Numbered from the stretch's first letter, positions 1-10,171 are shown. The stretch: 64,000 nt of DNA from a virus (IMGVR_UViG_3300033143_002040:35712-99711), one strand, 5' to 3'. Translations and numbers: made by a program. Notes: generated by a model from the sequence alone, not told the origin.

Positions 1-2
1 AT

Positions 3-2855
3 TTTTATTTAGAAGATCCGAAAGGAAAATTCAGAAGCATTCATGGTGATCCTCTAATAAAGATCGAATGCGGTTCAATTGGTGAACTCAAGAAAATGAC
101 ACGTATCAATTCTCATAAGAAAAAGTATGAGTCAGATATTAAACCCATCAATAAAATTCTTGAAGCACACTATAAGCACTTAGACACAGCAAATCTAAAC
201 ATTGCCTTTTTCGATATTGAGACTGATTTCGATAAAGAACTAGGTTACAGTTCTCCAGAAGACGCGAACAATAAAATTCTCTCAATCGCAGTACACTTGC
301 AGTGGTTAAATCAAACAGTTTGTCTTGCATTGCCGCCTGAAGGCATGTCAATGGATGATGCAAAAGTTATTGCTGATGAAGTCGGTAATACAATTTTGTA
401 TCACGAAGAAACAGATATTCTCGATGCGTTTCTCACACTGATTGAAGATGCAGATGTTTTGAGTGGCTGGTTCAGTGAAGGTTATGATATTCCTTACACA
501 GTAAATCGTATCATAAAGCTAATGGGCCGGCATGAAACTCGACGCATGTGTTTGTGGGACAAACAACCAAAGCCAAGAACATTTCTGAGGGGCGGCAAAG
601 AAAGCCAAACGTATGAGCTAGTCGGTCGAATTCATTTTGATTATCTTGCATTGTACAAGAAATATACATATGAAGAACGACACAGCTATTCACTAGATGC
701 TATTGGTGAGGTTGAAGTCAATCAGCGTAAAGTTCCATATGAAGGAACGCTAGATGAATTGTACAACAATGATTTTAAGAAATTCTTAGAATACAACATT
801 CAAGATACAGAACTACTTAACGAGCTTGATAAAAAGTTGCAGTTTGTAGCGTTAGCTAGCAGCATCGCACATGGAAACGGAGTTCTTCTGCCTCGCGCAA
901 TGAGCGCAGTAGCACTTACTGAGCAAGCTATTATCGTTGAAGCGCATGAGCGTAACATGAAAGTACCTGATCGTGAACACAGTAGTTCAGATGATCTAGC
1001 TGCTGCTGGTGGCTGGGTACAATATCCGAAGAAGGGTTTACATCGTTGGATCGGAAGTAGTGACTTAAGCTCACTGTATCCATCTGTAATTCGTTGTCTT
1101 AACATGAGTCCAGAAACTATTGTTGGGCAATTGCGCACAGATCAAACTAATAGAGAGATTTACGCGCATCTTGATGCAGCAAAATCTAATACTTTTTCTG
1201 GATGGTGGAATGACAGATTCAATACAATTGAAATGGATGATTTTCTTAACAACGATAATGTTACACGAAGAAAATTAGACTTAGAAGACGGAACTACAAT
1301 AGATATAACTGGTGCAGAACTGCGCCACCTTATTTTTGAAGGCGGAAATGATTGGAGTATATCTGCAAACGGAACCATATTTCGCAATGATATTGAAGGT
1401 GTAATCCCAGGATTATTGCGTCGTTGGTACAGTGAACGTCAAGTAATGCAAGCATTTAAGCGTAGTTATGATTCTATAGCAGATGTCAAAGAAGGCATCA
1501 AGCTAAATATAACGCAAAATATAGCAGATGAAATTAATGCTAATCTCACTCGCAAATATAACGACGATGACGTTAATTTCTTTAATCCGTACGATCCAGA
1601 CTTGACGTTTAGTATCACGCAAGCAAAGAAAAAAGCAGCAAGCAAAAATACAGAAGACTTGTATCAGTATTTACTCGGACACAATTTGTACATTGACAAG
1701 AATCTAAAACTTCGTCATAACAATATTGATGAACTCAAAAAGATTATATCATTTTGGGATAAGAGACAGCTTGTTAAAAAAATTAATCTGAACAGTCTGT
1801 ACGGCGGACTGCTCAATATACATTGTCGTTTCTATGACTTACGGCTCGGTCAGAGTACTACATTAACTGGACGCAGTATCGCGAAGCACATGGCCGCAAA
1901 GACAAACGAATTCTTAGATAACAGTTACGATCATACTGGCCGCTCAATTATTTACGGTGATACTGATTCAGTATATTTCTCAGCATATCCGATTTTGAAA
2001 GATGATATAGATAAAGGAGAAATCGTGTGGACGAAGGATAGTGTAATTGAATTGTATGACATTATTGCGCAGCAAGTAAGTGACACATTTCCAAAGTTTA
2101 TGAATGACACATTCAATACACCAAAGAAACGAAGTGAAGTTATTAGAGCAAGCAGAGAAATTGTTGGTGATACAGGGCTGTTCATTAAGAAGAAAAGGTA
2201 CGCTCTACTTGTATATGATGATGAAGGCAATCGCAAAGATGTCAACGGCAGTGATGGCAAACTCAAAGCAATGGGTCTTGACTTGCGTAGATCAGATACA
2301 CAGAAACGTGTACAGGAATTCTTAACAGGCATCCTTTGGCAAACACTACGATTAGAGGGCGAAGAGGCTGTTATCAAAGTCATACGAGAATTCAAAAAAG
2401 AATTCGATACATTGAATCCTTGGGAGAAAGGTTCTCCGACAGGCGTGAATAATCTTACAGCATATAACGATAAGCTAGAACGTGCAATGGAAATTAGATT
2501 GGGCGGTCGCATCGCAGAAAAGGTTAAGGTGCCAGGTCATGTTATGGCAAGTTTGAATTGGAACTCGCTCCGCGCATCACATAATGATTTGCACAGTACT
2601 AGAATATTAGACGGACATAAGGTATTAGTTTGCAAACTTAAACCACACAATGACTTTCAAAAAACGTCAGTTGCTTATCCTGTAGATGAACCACATCTTC
2701 CTGATTGGTTTATAAATTTACCATTTGACGAACAAGCAATGATGCAAGCCAACGTCGATAAAAAAGTGGAGAACTTACTTAATGTTTTAAAGTGGGACCT
2801 CTCTCGCACATCACCACAAGCAGAACTCATGGAAACACTTTTTGATTTTAGTTGA
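3..2855 (+). CDS. gp43: Family-B DNA polymerase (T4 gp43-like); reading frame is open to nt 3, so the true N-terminus lies upstream of the window
   Basis: Exo I motif FDIETD near N-term; polymerase motif YGDTDS; LSGWFSEGYDIPYTVNRIIKLMG parallels T4 FTGWNIEGFDVPYIMNRVKMILG; in T4 the Exo I motif sits ~aa 110 whereas here it is ~aa 40 from the listed ATG, and the frame upstream of nt 96 has no stop. Confidence 0.9.
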   Translation, partial: FYLEDPKGKFRSIHGDPLIKIECGSIGELKKMTRINSHKKKYESDIKPINKILEAHYKHLDTANLNIAFFDIETDFDKELGYSSPEDANNKILSIAVHLQWLNQTVCLALPPEGMSMDDAKVIADEVGNTILYHEETDILDAFLTLIEDADVLSGWFSEGYDIPYTVNRIIKLMGRHETRRMCLWDKQPKPRTFLRGGKESQTYELVGRIHFDYLALYKKYTYEERHSYSLDAIGEVEVNQRKVPYEGTLDELYNNDFKKFLEYNIQDTELLNELDKKLQFVALASSIAHGNGVLLPRAMSAVALTEQAIIVEAHERNMKVPDREHSSSDDLAAAGGWVQYPKKGLHRWIGSSDLSSLYPSVIRCLNMSPETIVGQLRTDQTNREIYAHLDAAKSNTFSGWWNDRFNTIEMDDFLNNDNVTRRKLDLEDGTTIDITGAELRHLIFEGGNDWSISANGTIFRNDIEGVIPGLLRRWYSERQVMQAFKRSYDSIADVKEGIKLNITQNIADEINANLTRKYNDDDVNFFNPYDPDLTFSITQAKKKAASKNTEDLYQYLLGHNLYIDKNLKLRHNNIDELKKIISFWDKRQLVKKINLNSLYGGLLNIHCRFYDLRLGQSTTLTGRSIAKHMAAKTNEFLDNSYDHTGRSIIYGDTDSVYFSAYPILKDDIDKGEIVWTKDSVIELYDIIAQQVSDTFPKFMNDTFNTPKKRSEVIRASREIVGDTGLFIKKKRYALLVYDDEGNRKDVNGSDGKLKAMGLDLRRSDTQKRVQEFLTGILWQTLRLEGEEAVIKVIREFKKEFDTLNPWEKGSPTGVNNLTAYNDKLERAMEIRLGGRIAEKVKVPGHVMASLNWNSLRASHNDLHSTRILDGHKVLVCKLKPHNDFQKTSVAYPVDEPHLPDWFINLPFDEQAMMQANVDKKVENLLNVLKWDLSRTSPQAELMETLFDFS

Positions 2856-2881
2856 CTTTCCTTGCTCGTTTTGTTATAATT
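2853..2881 (+). promoter_or_regulatory. sigma70-like promoter (TTGACT-17-TATAAT) ahead of RBS AGGAG and the 2909 ATG
   Basis: TTGACT at 2853-2858, 17-nt spacer, TATAAT at 2876-2881; AGGAGAAC RBS follows. Confidence 0.55.
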
Positions 2882-2908
2882 TGTTATCATAATTAGGAGA
2901 ACTTTTAC

Positions 2909-3658
2909 ATGTTATCGGAAGTATTAACAGACATCCTCGCACAAACACATGGGCTAGGATTTATTGAAATGATGAAAATAGATAGTAGCGCAACTGAAAC
3001 AACGATTGCAGCTATCAACGACGACAAATCAGTTGTCGTATTTGGAAAACTTAATAGTCCGTTGACTGAACTAGAAGGTGTAGTAGGATTATCACGAATG
3101 GCAGTACTACAGGGTTATTTGAAATATCCACATTTTGTTGGGGATGATGCAACTATTGAAATCAAAACTACGCAGCGAGACGGTAGTGAAATCCCAACAG
3201 AGATTTATTTTTCTGCTAATGGTGGGCACGAATCTAGTTACCGCTTTATGCATAAAGACGTAGTGGAAGAGCAAGTCAAAGTACCACCTTTCAGGGGTGC
3301 AACTTGGGACGTTGTTATTACTGGTACAGATGAGATTATGAAGGATCTGAGCTACTTCAATGGAGTGTTAGGCGCGTTTGAGCCAACCTTTACTGTAAAG
3401 ACAGACGTTAATAATGATCTTAATTTCTATATTGGTAGCGGCCCGACTGACCGAGCTACGGTACCAGTTGCAAAAGCTGTGAACGGCACACTCACAGGCA
3501 ATCTTACATGGCCGCTCGTTGAAACGCTTGCTATACTTAAGCTTGCGAGTAAGGCAGATGATTGTATAATCAGCTTTAGTAACAAGGGTGTGATGAAGAT
3601 TGAAATGGAAACAGGCCTCGGCAGTTATGAATACTTACTCCCAGCAAGATCAATGTAA
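2909..3658 (+). CDS. hypothetical protein (249 aa), immediately downstream of DNA polymerase; function not recognisable (sliding-clamp guess not supportable)
   Basis: ORF with strong RBS and own promoter; no diagnostic motif seen. Confidence 0.6.
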   Translation: MLSEVLTDILAQTHGLGFIEMMKIDSSATETTIAAINDDKSVVVFGKLNSPLTELEGVVGLSRMAVLQGYLKYPHFVGDDATIEIKTTQRDGSEIPTEIYFSANGGHESSYRFMHKDVVEEQVKVPPFRGATWDVVITGTDEIMKDLSYFNGVLGAFEPTFTVKTDVNNDLNFYIGSGPTDRATVPVAKAVNGTLTGNLTWPLVETLAILKLASKADDCIISFSNKGVMKIEMETGLGSYEYLLPARSM

Positions 3659-4088
3659 AGTTGAATCATTTAGCGGAATATTTCGCTTCTTGTCTAACTT
3701 CCACCGCGCGCCTATGATGTATCATGGCATTGCATATCCAACATCAGAACATGCATATCAAGCCGCGAAGACATTAAACGAAAATTCACGAATGAATATT
3801 TCGATACTAGGCACGCCATATGAAGCAAAAAAGTACGGCAAAACAGTTAAGCGACGGTCTGATTGGGATGAAGTAAAATTAGAAGTCATGACGGAAATTG
3901 TACGTGCAAAATTTATACAAAATCCGTCACTAAGAGAAAAATTACTTGCAACGGATGATGCTATCCTAGAAGAAGGAAATACTTGGGGTGACACATACTG
4001 GGGCACATGTAAAGGCGAAGGCGAGAATCATTTAGGAAAAGTCTTAATGGATTTGCGTAATAACCTAAATACTAATACAGAGGAATAA
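3627..4088 (+). CDS. NADAR (YbiA/DUF1768) family N-glycosidase / ADP-ribosyl-processing enzyme
   Basis: VESFSGIFRFLSNFHRAP...YPTSEHAYQAAK aligns with E. coli YbiA INFYSTSDDYGDFSNFAAWP...WPTSEHYFQAQK; start chosen at internal Met (MNTYSQ), ORF track start 3600. Confidence 0.8.
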   Translation: MNTYSQQDQCKVESFSGIFRFLSNFHRAPMMYHGIAYPTSEHAYQAAKTLNENSRMNISILGTPYEAKKYGKTVKRRSDWDEVKLEVMTEIVRAKFIQNPSLREKLLATDDAILEEGNTWGDTYWGTCKGEGENHLGKVLMDLRNNLNTNTEE

Positions 4089-4091
4089 ACA

Positions 4092-4454
4092 ATGAAAAAA
4101 GTAACAATTAATCAAAACGAACTCCTAGAAATTTTGCGAGAGAATCGTGATACGCATGAAGCAGACTATAAAGATGCTTATGAAGGGTACTTAGTAACTT
4201 GCGGAGAAACTCTAATGAAGTTAATGGAGGAATTCAAAGCTGGCGAACGTGAAACAGTACAGTGGACTGAGTTCCCGCCACAGAGTCAAGTTAAGGACTA
4301 TGATCGTGTAATTCGTATGCTTGAGTTATCAGTTGATAATGAAATTGAATTGACGGCAGACGAGTTTGCAAATTTCGTACAAGACGATTGGCACTGGAAG
4401 GAAAACTGGACATTCACTAATTCTAACTATATCAGCAAGACGAGAGGGGTATAA
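4092..4454 (+). CDS. hypothetical protein (120 aa)
   Basis: tiled plus-strand ORF with AGGAA-type RBS. Confidence 0.5.
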   Translation: MKKVTINQNELLEILRENRDTHEADYKDAYEGYLVTCGETLMKLMEEFKAGERETVQWTEFPPQSQVKDYDRVIRMLELSVDNEIELTADEFANFVQDDWHWKENWTFTNSNYISKTRGV

Positions 4455-4696
4455 TGAATTCTATAGACTTTTGTTATTGGCTACAGGGCCATTTTGAAAT
4501 TAGTGAAACAACTGAATTGAATGAAAAGCAAGTTGAAATTATCAAGAATCATTTAAACCTTGTGTTCAAGCATGAGATTGATGGCATCTATGAAAAGGAT
4601 GAATTACAAAAGATACATGACGGCGGCACGGGTGGGCCAGGCGAGTTTACCCCGACGGTGCACACTTCACCAAACGATATAAAAATAAGATGCTAA
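4454..4696 (+). CDS. hypothetical protein (80 aa)
   Basis: ATGA-coupled to upstream ORF. Confidence 0.45.
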   Translation: MNSIDFCYWLQGHFEISETTELNEKQVEIIKNHLNLVFKHEIDGIYEKDELQKIHDGGTGGPGEFTPTVHTSPNDIKIRC

Positions 4697-4697
4697 T

Positions 4698-6227
4698 ATG
4701 AGAGATTTAACAGTAGGTAAAAAAGACTATGCATTATTCTTGCCAGCGATAAGTGGCTTCTACACAGAAGTACTTGGTCGCTGTAGGAATTTTCCAGATT
4801 ACCTGCCGCCTGATAGGACACCTAAGGGTTTTGAAAATGGTATGGAAGGTCTTGATTTCTTCAACGAGGATAAGGGATATTTCTATTACGATGTGGGTTT
4901 GTATTCAGCAGGACACGCATACTTAGACGAAGAACGTACTAATAAATTTGAGTGGATGATTCAAGAGCGCGATAAGAAAAAGACTACGCTCTTGGGTGAT
5001 TCAGGCGGGTATCAAATCGGCAAAGGTGTTATTAAATTTGATTGGGAACACTTCTATGAAAAGAAAGGTGATCCAGGTTACATCGGCAAAGCAGATAAAA
5101 TGCGAGCAGATATTCTTCATTGGCTTGAATACACGGCTGATTGGTCACTAACACTTGACGTACCTACATGGGCGTACATGGAAGAAACAGCAAGAGAACG
5201 CACAGGGTTGCGCACATTCCAAGAATGCTTAGATGCAACATTATTTAATCTCGATTATTTTGTTGAGCATAGAGAAAACAAAACAAAGTTCCTCAACGTA
5301 CTTCAAGGTACAACGTGGGATGATGCAAACACTTGGTACGACGCCGTAAAGGACTATCCGTTCGAAGGTTGGGCAATGGGCGGCAATAATATGCGCGACA
5401 TAGAAATCGCCCTTCGGCGTCTTATTATTATGCGGGACGAAGGGTACTTAGAAGGTAAAGATTGGATTCACTTCTTAGGAACTTCTAAACTTGAGTGGGC
5501 AGTAATGCTAACTGGTGTACAACGTGAATTGCGTAAGCACGTAAATCCGAATGTAACAGTCAGTTATGATGCAGCAAGTCCATTCATCGCAGCAGCAAAC
5601 GGCCGCATGTATACATATAATTCTTTGTTATGCGACAAACTTAGCTATGTGATGGATAGGGGATTTGACGGTAGACAATTAGCTCATAGTGATATTCCGT
5701 TTCCGTTTGAAAGTGAAATCGGACGGCGGTTAACAGTCGGTGATGTTTGTCACTACGGTAAAGGTGATCTTAACAAGCTTGGCAAGGTCACTAACTCAGC
5801 TTGGGATTCGTTTACTTATACAATTCTAGGAGCGCACAATTGCTACGCGCACATACGCGCAGTACAACGCATCAATCACCTTAGTGACTTAGAGAGTATG
5901 CGATTCGATCCAGATTGGAGAACATGGACAAAGACAAAGCGCAAATCTAAAGCAGCAGAAATGTCTTTTTGGGTTCCGCGAAATTTGTTGTACTTCAATA
6001 ATTTTATCAAAGAACTATTTGTATCGGACAATCCTATGCAGATGCTAGATGATGCTTCACCATTACTTCAAGAAATGACTAATCAGAAATATATCGACGG
6101 CAACACAGCATTATTTCAAGATTTGTTCGGAGATGAGAATGATAATGAAGTTATAACTGGCGAAGATTATGGACGCGAAGATGATGTACTTGATGCACTA
6201 GAAAGAAAACTGAGGAATGAAAACTAA
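4698..6227 (+). CDS. tRNA-guanine-transglycosylase-superfamily protein, DpdA-like putative DNA 7-deazaguanine transglycosylase
   Basis: LLGDSGGYQIGKG matches the TGT catalytic LTDSGGYQ motif; C-terminal Cys/His cluster (CHYGKG...AHNCYAH) in the position of the TGT Zn site; QueD/QueE homologs nearby. Confidence 0.6.
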   Translation: MRDLTVGKKDYALFLPAISGFYTEVLGRCRNFPDYLPPDRTPKGFENGMEGLDFFNEDKGYFYYDVGLYSAGHAYLDEERTNKFEWMIQERDKKKTTLLGDSGGYQIGKGVIKFDWEHFYEKKGDPGYIGKADKMRADILHWLEYTADWSLTLDVPTWAYMEETARERTGLRTFQECLDATLFNLDYFVEHRENKTKFLNVLQGTTWDDANTWYDAVKDYPFEGWAMGGNNMRDIEIALRRLIIMRDEGYLEGKDWIHFLGTSKLEWAVMLTGVQRELRKHVNPNVTVSYDAASPFIAAANGRMYTYNSLLCDKLSYVMDRGFDGRQLAHSDIPFPFESEIGRRLTVGDVCHYGKGDLNKLGKVTNSAWDSFTYTILGAHNCYAHIRAVQRINHLSDLESMRFDPDWRTWTKTKRKSKAAEMSFWVPRNLLYFNNFIKELFVSDNPMQMLDDASPLLQEMTNQKYIDGNTALFQDLFGDENDNEVITGEDYGREDDVLDALERKLRNEN

Positions 6228-6564
6228 TAATTCAAAAATACTTATTCCTATTGTTAGGAAACTCTATCCAAACATGATAGCTGATATGATTACGAAAGTT
6301 CAGCCGATGCAAGGCAAAACGGGTTCAATCTTTAGCCTGAATATAGAAGATTCTATAATTAATCCTTGGTCAGAATGGCGTAGAACAACAAGTTTATGGC
6401 CGCGTGAATCAATTACAGGAAAATGGATTGTTGGCCGCATCAACAAACGTGGACGGAATGTTTGGGGTGGCGGTGGTATGCAAGGTAAGGCTACTCGCAA
6501 ACGACAATTCGCAACAAACAAAGAATTATTTGCATTAAAATTAAAAGGTAATAGCGATGAGTGA
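6217..6564 (+). CDS. small protein, KEYFKKKLxG-family (subfamily with PR(K/E)SITGK box)
   Basis: WPRESITGKWIVGRINKRG ... NKELFALKLKGNSDE. Confidence 0.55.
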   Translation: MKTNNSKILIPIVRKLYPNMIADMITKVQPMQGKTGSIFSLNIEDSIINPWSEWRRTTSLWPRESITGKWIVGRINKRGRNVWGGGGMQGKATRKRQFATNKELFALKLKGNSDE

Positions 6565-6955
6565 TTTATATATTGTTGATTCTGGAACTGTTACTACTGG
6601 TAACGTATTAACATATACCACCACTAATACGGGTTCTATATGGGTCGCGCATGAACCATTAGCTCCGCCACCGCGGGTAAGCCCAATTCCGCCGCCCGTG
6701 CTTGATCCGTTTATCAAGAGGGAGTTTTGGGATGATGTAGAATGGAAAGAATATACTTCTTACATGCCGCGGAAATCAATTACAGGTAAGATTATTATAG
6801 GAAAAATGCATAAGCGTAGTAAAAAAGATATTATAAAAGGTGGAACTTATCATACATCAAATGTTACAAATACAATACTTGATAGAGCAATTCCTCATAC
6901 ACAATATGCTAAAACAAAAGAATTGTTTGAAGAAAAACTAAGAGGCAAAGCATGA
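6557..6955 (+). CDS. small protein, KEYFKKKLxG-family (PRKSITGK box)
   Basis: MPRKSITGKIIIGKMHKRS ... TKELFEEKLRGKA; paralog of 6217..6564. Confidence 0.55.
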   Translation: MSDLYIVDSGTVTTGNVLTYTTTNTGSIWVAHEPLAPPPRVSPIPPPVLDPFIKREFWDDVEWKEYTSYMPRKSITGKIIIGKMHKRSKKDIIKGGTYHTSNVTNTILDRAIPHTQYAKTKELFEEKLRGKA

Positions 6956-7257
6956 AACTCGGAGAATACAGAGTTGTGTATGGTGCATATTATAACTATC
7001 GTGCTGTACATGATACATCACATTGCGCAGACATTTGGACTGTAGAGGAACGCTGTCAAGTAACATTATTCGGATTATGTAAGCTGTGGGATTATTGGAG
7101 TGAGCATACAGAACCTAACTATGATGCTCAATACACTATACAATTTAAGAGTCCAGAGCAAGCATTTGAATATGTAGAACGATTATTAAACGGCAATCCT
7201 CGAAATACAACAATAAAGACAGTAGTAACAGAAATAAACCATGAACGAATCAATTAA
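6952..7257 (+). CDS. hypothetical protein (101 aa)
   Basis: tiled ORF, ATGA overlap with upstream. Confidence 0.45.
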   Translation: MKLGEYRVVYGAYYNYRAVHDTSHCADIWTVEERCQVTLFGLCKLWDYWSEHTEPNYDAQYTIQFKSPEQAFEYVERLLNGNPRNTTIKTVVTEINHERIN

Positions 7258-7768
7258 AAGAAATTACACAAACAGGAATGGTGAAGTTGCCGATGATGCA
7301 ATATACTTCACTGGCATCGAAGTCGAGAATACTCCACAACACGGTAAGAACACCCTATTCGTAGTGGGTATACAACCAGCTGAACAGATTGCTCGATTCG
7401 CAGCAGAACGAAAAATTAAACACATTTATCTTGGTGCTAACAAAAGTTTTCACATGATAGATGATTGGGAGCCCGTTATAGACGAGCTATTAGAACTAAA
7501 CTTTTGGGTTACATTAGATTTTCCAGTTCGGTGTCATAACTTTATTATGCGCACAATGGGGAATCATATGCGTAAGAGCAAATTTATTCCTATGATTTCT
7601 GTCGAGATACCGAACGTAGACATATATAATTACAACACCACAATCAAGATTGATGATATAGACATGGATCACTCAAACCCAGGTGTGTGGTGTCATAGTT
7701 TGCATAGCCTTTTGAATCGTGATAACTTTACAAGCTGGGATGAATACCAGGATGACGAAGCATTATGA
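7241..7768 (+). CDS. hypothetical protein (175 aa)
   Basis: tiled ORF. Confidence 0.5.
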   Translation: MNESIKRNYTNRNGEVADDAIYFTGIEVENTPQHGKNTLFVVGIQPAEQIARFAAERKIKHIYLGANKSFHMIDDWEPVIDELLELNFWVTLDFPVRCHNFIMRTMGNHMRKSKFIPMISVEIPNVDIYNYNTTIKIDDIDMDHSNPGVWCHSLHSLLNRDNFTSWDEYQDDEAL

Positions 7769-8130
7769 GCGGTTGCGGACGGCCTTTAGCAAAAGATGAG
7801 TGGTGGACTTTCTGCGGAGAAACAGATATGGGACAAACTGCTCCTGCTCTTTGTACAGAGTGCGGAGGTGAGTTTAAGCTTAAAGAGGTAGCTAACATGA
7901 TGGACGAACGAGCAGTAGAAGCAGGTAGACGAGCAGCAGAAACAATCGCAACAGATAAAGACCCAGGTGAAAAACACTTTATTTATCGCCTTGTAAAAAG
8001 TGCGTTTCGCATTCTAGGTTGTGTATTATTTATTATACTCGGCTTTGTTACTAATGAGATGTTATTGTGCTACGGAGCAGGCATGTTTTTTGCAGCAGAA
8101 GTTTTAGGCATCGCAGAGGAACTAACATGA
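7765..8130 (+). CDS. hypothetical Zn-ribbon protein with C-terminal transmembrane segment
   Basis: CGETDMG...CTECGG Cys pairs; hydrophobic C-term FRILGCVLFIILGFV. Confidence 0.45.
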   Translation: MSGCGRPLAKDEWWTFCGETDMGQTAPALCTECGGEFKLKEVANMMDERAVEAGRRAAETIATDKDPGEKHFIYRLVKSAFRILGCVLFIILGFVTNEMLLCYGAGMFFAAEVLGIAEELT

Positions 8131-8330
8131 TACATGCAAGTAACGAAAATTGGTTTGCATATCTAGAACGTGTTAGAAGGCATTTGCCAGAAGGATTTGA
8201 AGACGATTGTGTTGACGACGGAATTGCAGATAAGACTGGTGCATATATTTTTGTATCATTTATGAGAGGTGGTGCAGCACAAAGGTGTGCCGAAGACCTT
8301 GTACAAAAACTAGGAGTTGACGATGGCTAA
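8127..8330 (+). CDS. hypothetical protein (67 aa; internal start MIHASN chosen)
   Basis: ORF 8067..8330 overlaps upstream gene; internal Met abuts its stop. Confidence 0.35.
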   Translation: MIHASNENWFAYLERVRRHLPEGFEDDCVDDGIADKTGAYIFVSFMRGGAAQRCAEDLVQKLGVDDG

Positions 8331-8502
8331 TTGTACATCATGCGGAAGTGAAATTCCAGACGATCAAGGTAACTCTTGTTCAATGTGTTACGGCGACCCC
8401 GATCATGGTCACGATGGTTACTATCAAGCAATGCTAGATCAGCAATACGAAGAAGAAATGGCAAAGCAGTATCGTGAAGAATATAGAGAACGAGAAGAAT
8501 AA
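8317..8502 (+). CDS. hypothetical Zn-ribbon mini-protein
   Basis: CTSCGS...CSMCYGD. Confidence 0.4.
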   Translation: MTMANCTSCGSEIPDDQGNSCSMCYGDPDHGHDGYYQAMLDQQYEEEMAKQYREEYREREE

Positions 8503-8780
8503 TGGTAATAGAGATTGACGGCATTATCCATAACGGCAACCTTAAAACTGAATGGACTAAGTGGAGGGAAACATTTTGTTTCTTGCCACATAAAGACATT
8601 ACAGGAATATTTATCATGGGACTTATATGGTGTCGTGTGCAGGAATCTCGTATATATAAATATGAAAATGACATAGGTTATTACATATCGTCTAATTTAG
8701 GATATGTAGAGTACGCTAGAACGAAGAAAGATATTTTCTTACGTAGTCTCGCAGGAAAAGAATATAGGATAAAAATATGA
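8502..8780 (+). CDS. small protein, KEYFKKKLxG-family variant (HKDITG box)
   Basis: WTKWRETFCFLPHKDITGIFIMG ... TKKDIFLRSLAGKE. Confidence 0.5.
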   Translation: MVIEIDGIIHNGNLKTEWTKWRETFCFLPHKDITGIFIMGLIWCRVQESRIYKYENDIGYYISSNLGYVEYARTKKDIFLRSLAGKEYRIKI

Positions 8781-9310
8781 TTTATGAAGTTAAATATTGG
8801 CCTAACCCTTGTTTGAAGGAGGCCGCAAAAGATGTTACTGATTTGAGTCTTGAGGTATGCAATGACATAATTGCTAATTTATTTGAGACTATGTATACAG
8901 GACACGGCATGGGTCTTGCAGCAACACAATGTAACATACCGCTGTGTATTATGGTAATAGACACAACACAAATAGGCGGAAAGCTTAAGCAAGCATTTAT
9001 AAATCCTGTTATCAAAGAACTAACAGAAAAGAAAATCATTTCAGAAGAAGGCTGCTTAAGCTTTCCTGGAATTTTTGTGAAGATAGAACGCTGTGACGGC
9101 GTAGTAGTGGAACACACGACCTTGACAGGAGAGACAGAACAAGCTATACTAAATGGTGTAGATGCTATTTGCTTTCAGCATGAATACGACCACTTAAATG
9201 GTATTGTATTTTACGATCATTTGAAAGCAGCAAAGAGACAAATGATGGAAACGAAAGTACGTAAGAATGTGAAAAAGATAATAAGACTGGAAAACAAACA
9301 TGCGCATTAA
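8777..9310 (+). CDS. def: peptide deformylase
   Basis: GxGxAAxQ (GMGLAATQ), EGCLSFPG, HEYDHLNG motifs. Confidence 0.9.
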   Translation: MIYEVKYWPNPCLKEAAKDVTDLSLEVCNDIIANLFETMYTGHGMGLAATQCNIPLCIMVIDTTQIGGKLKQAFINPVIKELTEKKIISEEGCLSFPGIFVKIERCDGVVVEHTTLTGETEQAILNGVDAICFQHEYDHLNGIVFYDHLKAAKRQMMETKVRKNVKKIIRLENKHAH

Positions 9311-9788
9311 CATTAACAGACCACCTAAGCACGTTCGAAAAGAACAAGAGCGGATGGCTAGACAAGAGTGGCATAAGAAGTTTGCGTGGAAGGCTACTAA
9401 GGTAGATCATACTGATGTAGGACATAGAGTTGTCTGGTTTGAAAACTACTGGTGCAAGGAGAAAATTGGGCCGACACAAGGTGATAGCCCAGGAGACGGA
9501 CGATACTTCGAAAAATATTCTGAGAAAGAATACTTCAAGAAAAAACTAGATGGTGATTTTGATAAGCATGAAACAATGGTAGATGAGGCTACTGCAAGTT
9601 CAATAGCTAGTCAGATTCGCAATCAAATGAATAAACAGTATCCTAGCGGAGGCTTGCATAAAAAGGACGGGCCAAATTCAGGTGTTAACTTCAAGAAATA
9701 TGTAATTGGCAGAGCAGATCAAGATATTGAAGTTGAGTCAATTTTTCTCGGAGACGAAGAAGAAGATGGATGGGAGGAAGACAAATGA
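9300..9788 (+). CDS. KEYFKKKLxG-family protein (tandem paralog 1)
   Basis: ...VWFENYW...EKEYFKKKLDGDFDKHE. Confidence 0.55.
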   Translation: MRININRPPKHVRKEQERMARQEWHKKFAWKATKVDHTDVGHRVVWFENYWCKEKIGPTQGDSPGDGRYFEKYSEKEYFKKKLDGDFDKHETMVDEATASSIASQIRNQMNKQYPSGGLHKKDGPNSGVNFKKYVIGRADQDIEVESIFLGDEEEDGWEEDK

Positions 9789-10171
9789 AATTTAAGATAG
9801 ACAAACCGCCTGCGCATGTTACAAGACGAAAAAGAATTAATGCTAAACGAGAATGGCACACTAAGTTTGCATGGCTACCAACCGTAGTAGATGAAACCGA
9901 TATTGAATATAAGCGGGTATGGTTCGAGAAATATTGGCGGCAAGGTCACTGGGGTCCGTCTCGGATGGGAGATGCAAACCCTATGATATTTACAAAATAC
10001 TCCAATAAAGAATACTTTAAGAAAAAGCTTAATGGAGATTTTGATAAGGAAGAGATTGAAGCTGATACTAATGTTGGCTCAACAAGTAGCAGCCGTGCAT
10101 ACGTAAATAATCAAATACTAAAGAAAAGTGGGCCCCACATTCATAATCCATACAAAAGGAATACGGTATGA
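9770..10171 (+). CDS. KEYFKKKLxG-family protein (tandem paralog 2)
   Basis: ...VWFEKYW...NKEYFKKKLNGDFDKEE; collinear with 9300..9788 over its whole length. Confidence 0.55.
   Translation: MGGRQMKFKIDKPPAHVTRRKRINAKREWHTKFAWLPTVVDETDIEYKRVWFEKYWRQGHWGPSRMGDANPMIFTKYSNKEYFKKKLNGDFDKEEIEADTNVGSTSSSRAYVNNQILKKSGPHIHNPYKRNTV

Noticed and set aside
148-2890. Minus-strand ORFs within the DNA polymerase gene (148..363, 800..1138, 1952..2512 etc.)
   Set aside because: Fully contained in the strongly supported gp43 reading frame, with no motifs.
2909-3658. Calling the 249-aa ORF after gp43 a sliding clamp (gp45)
   Set aside because: Only size and position suggested it. No recognisable similarity to T4 gp45, and in T4 gene 45 is not adjacent downstream of 43.
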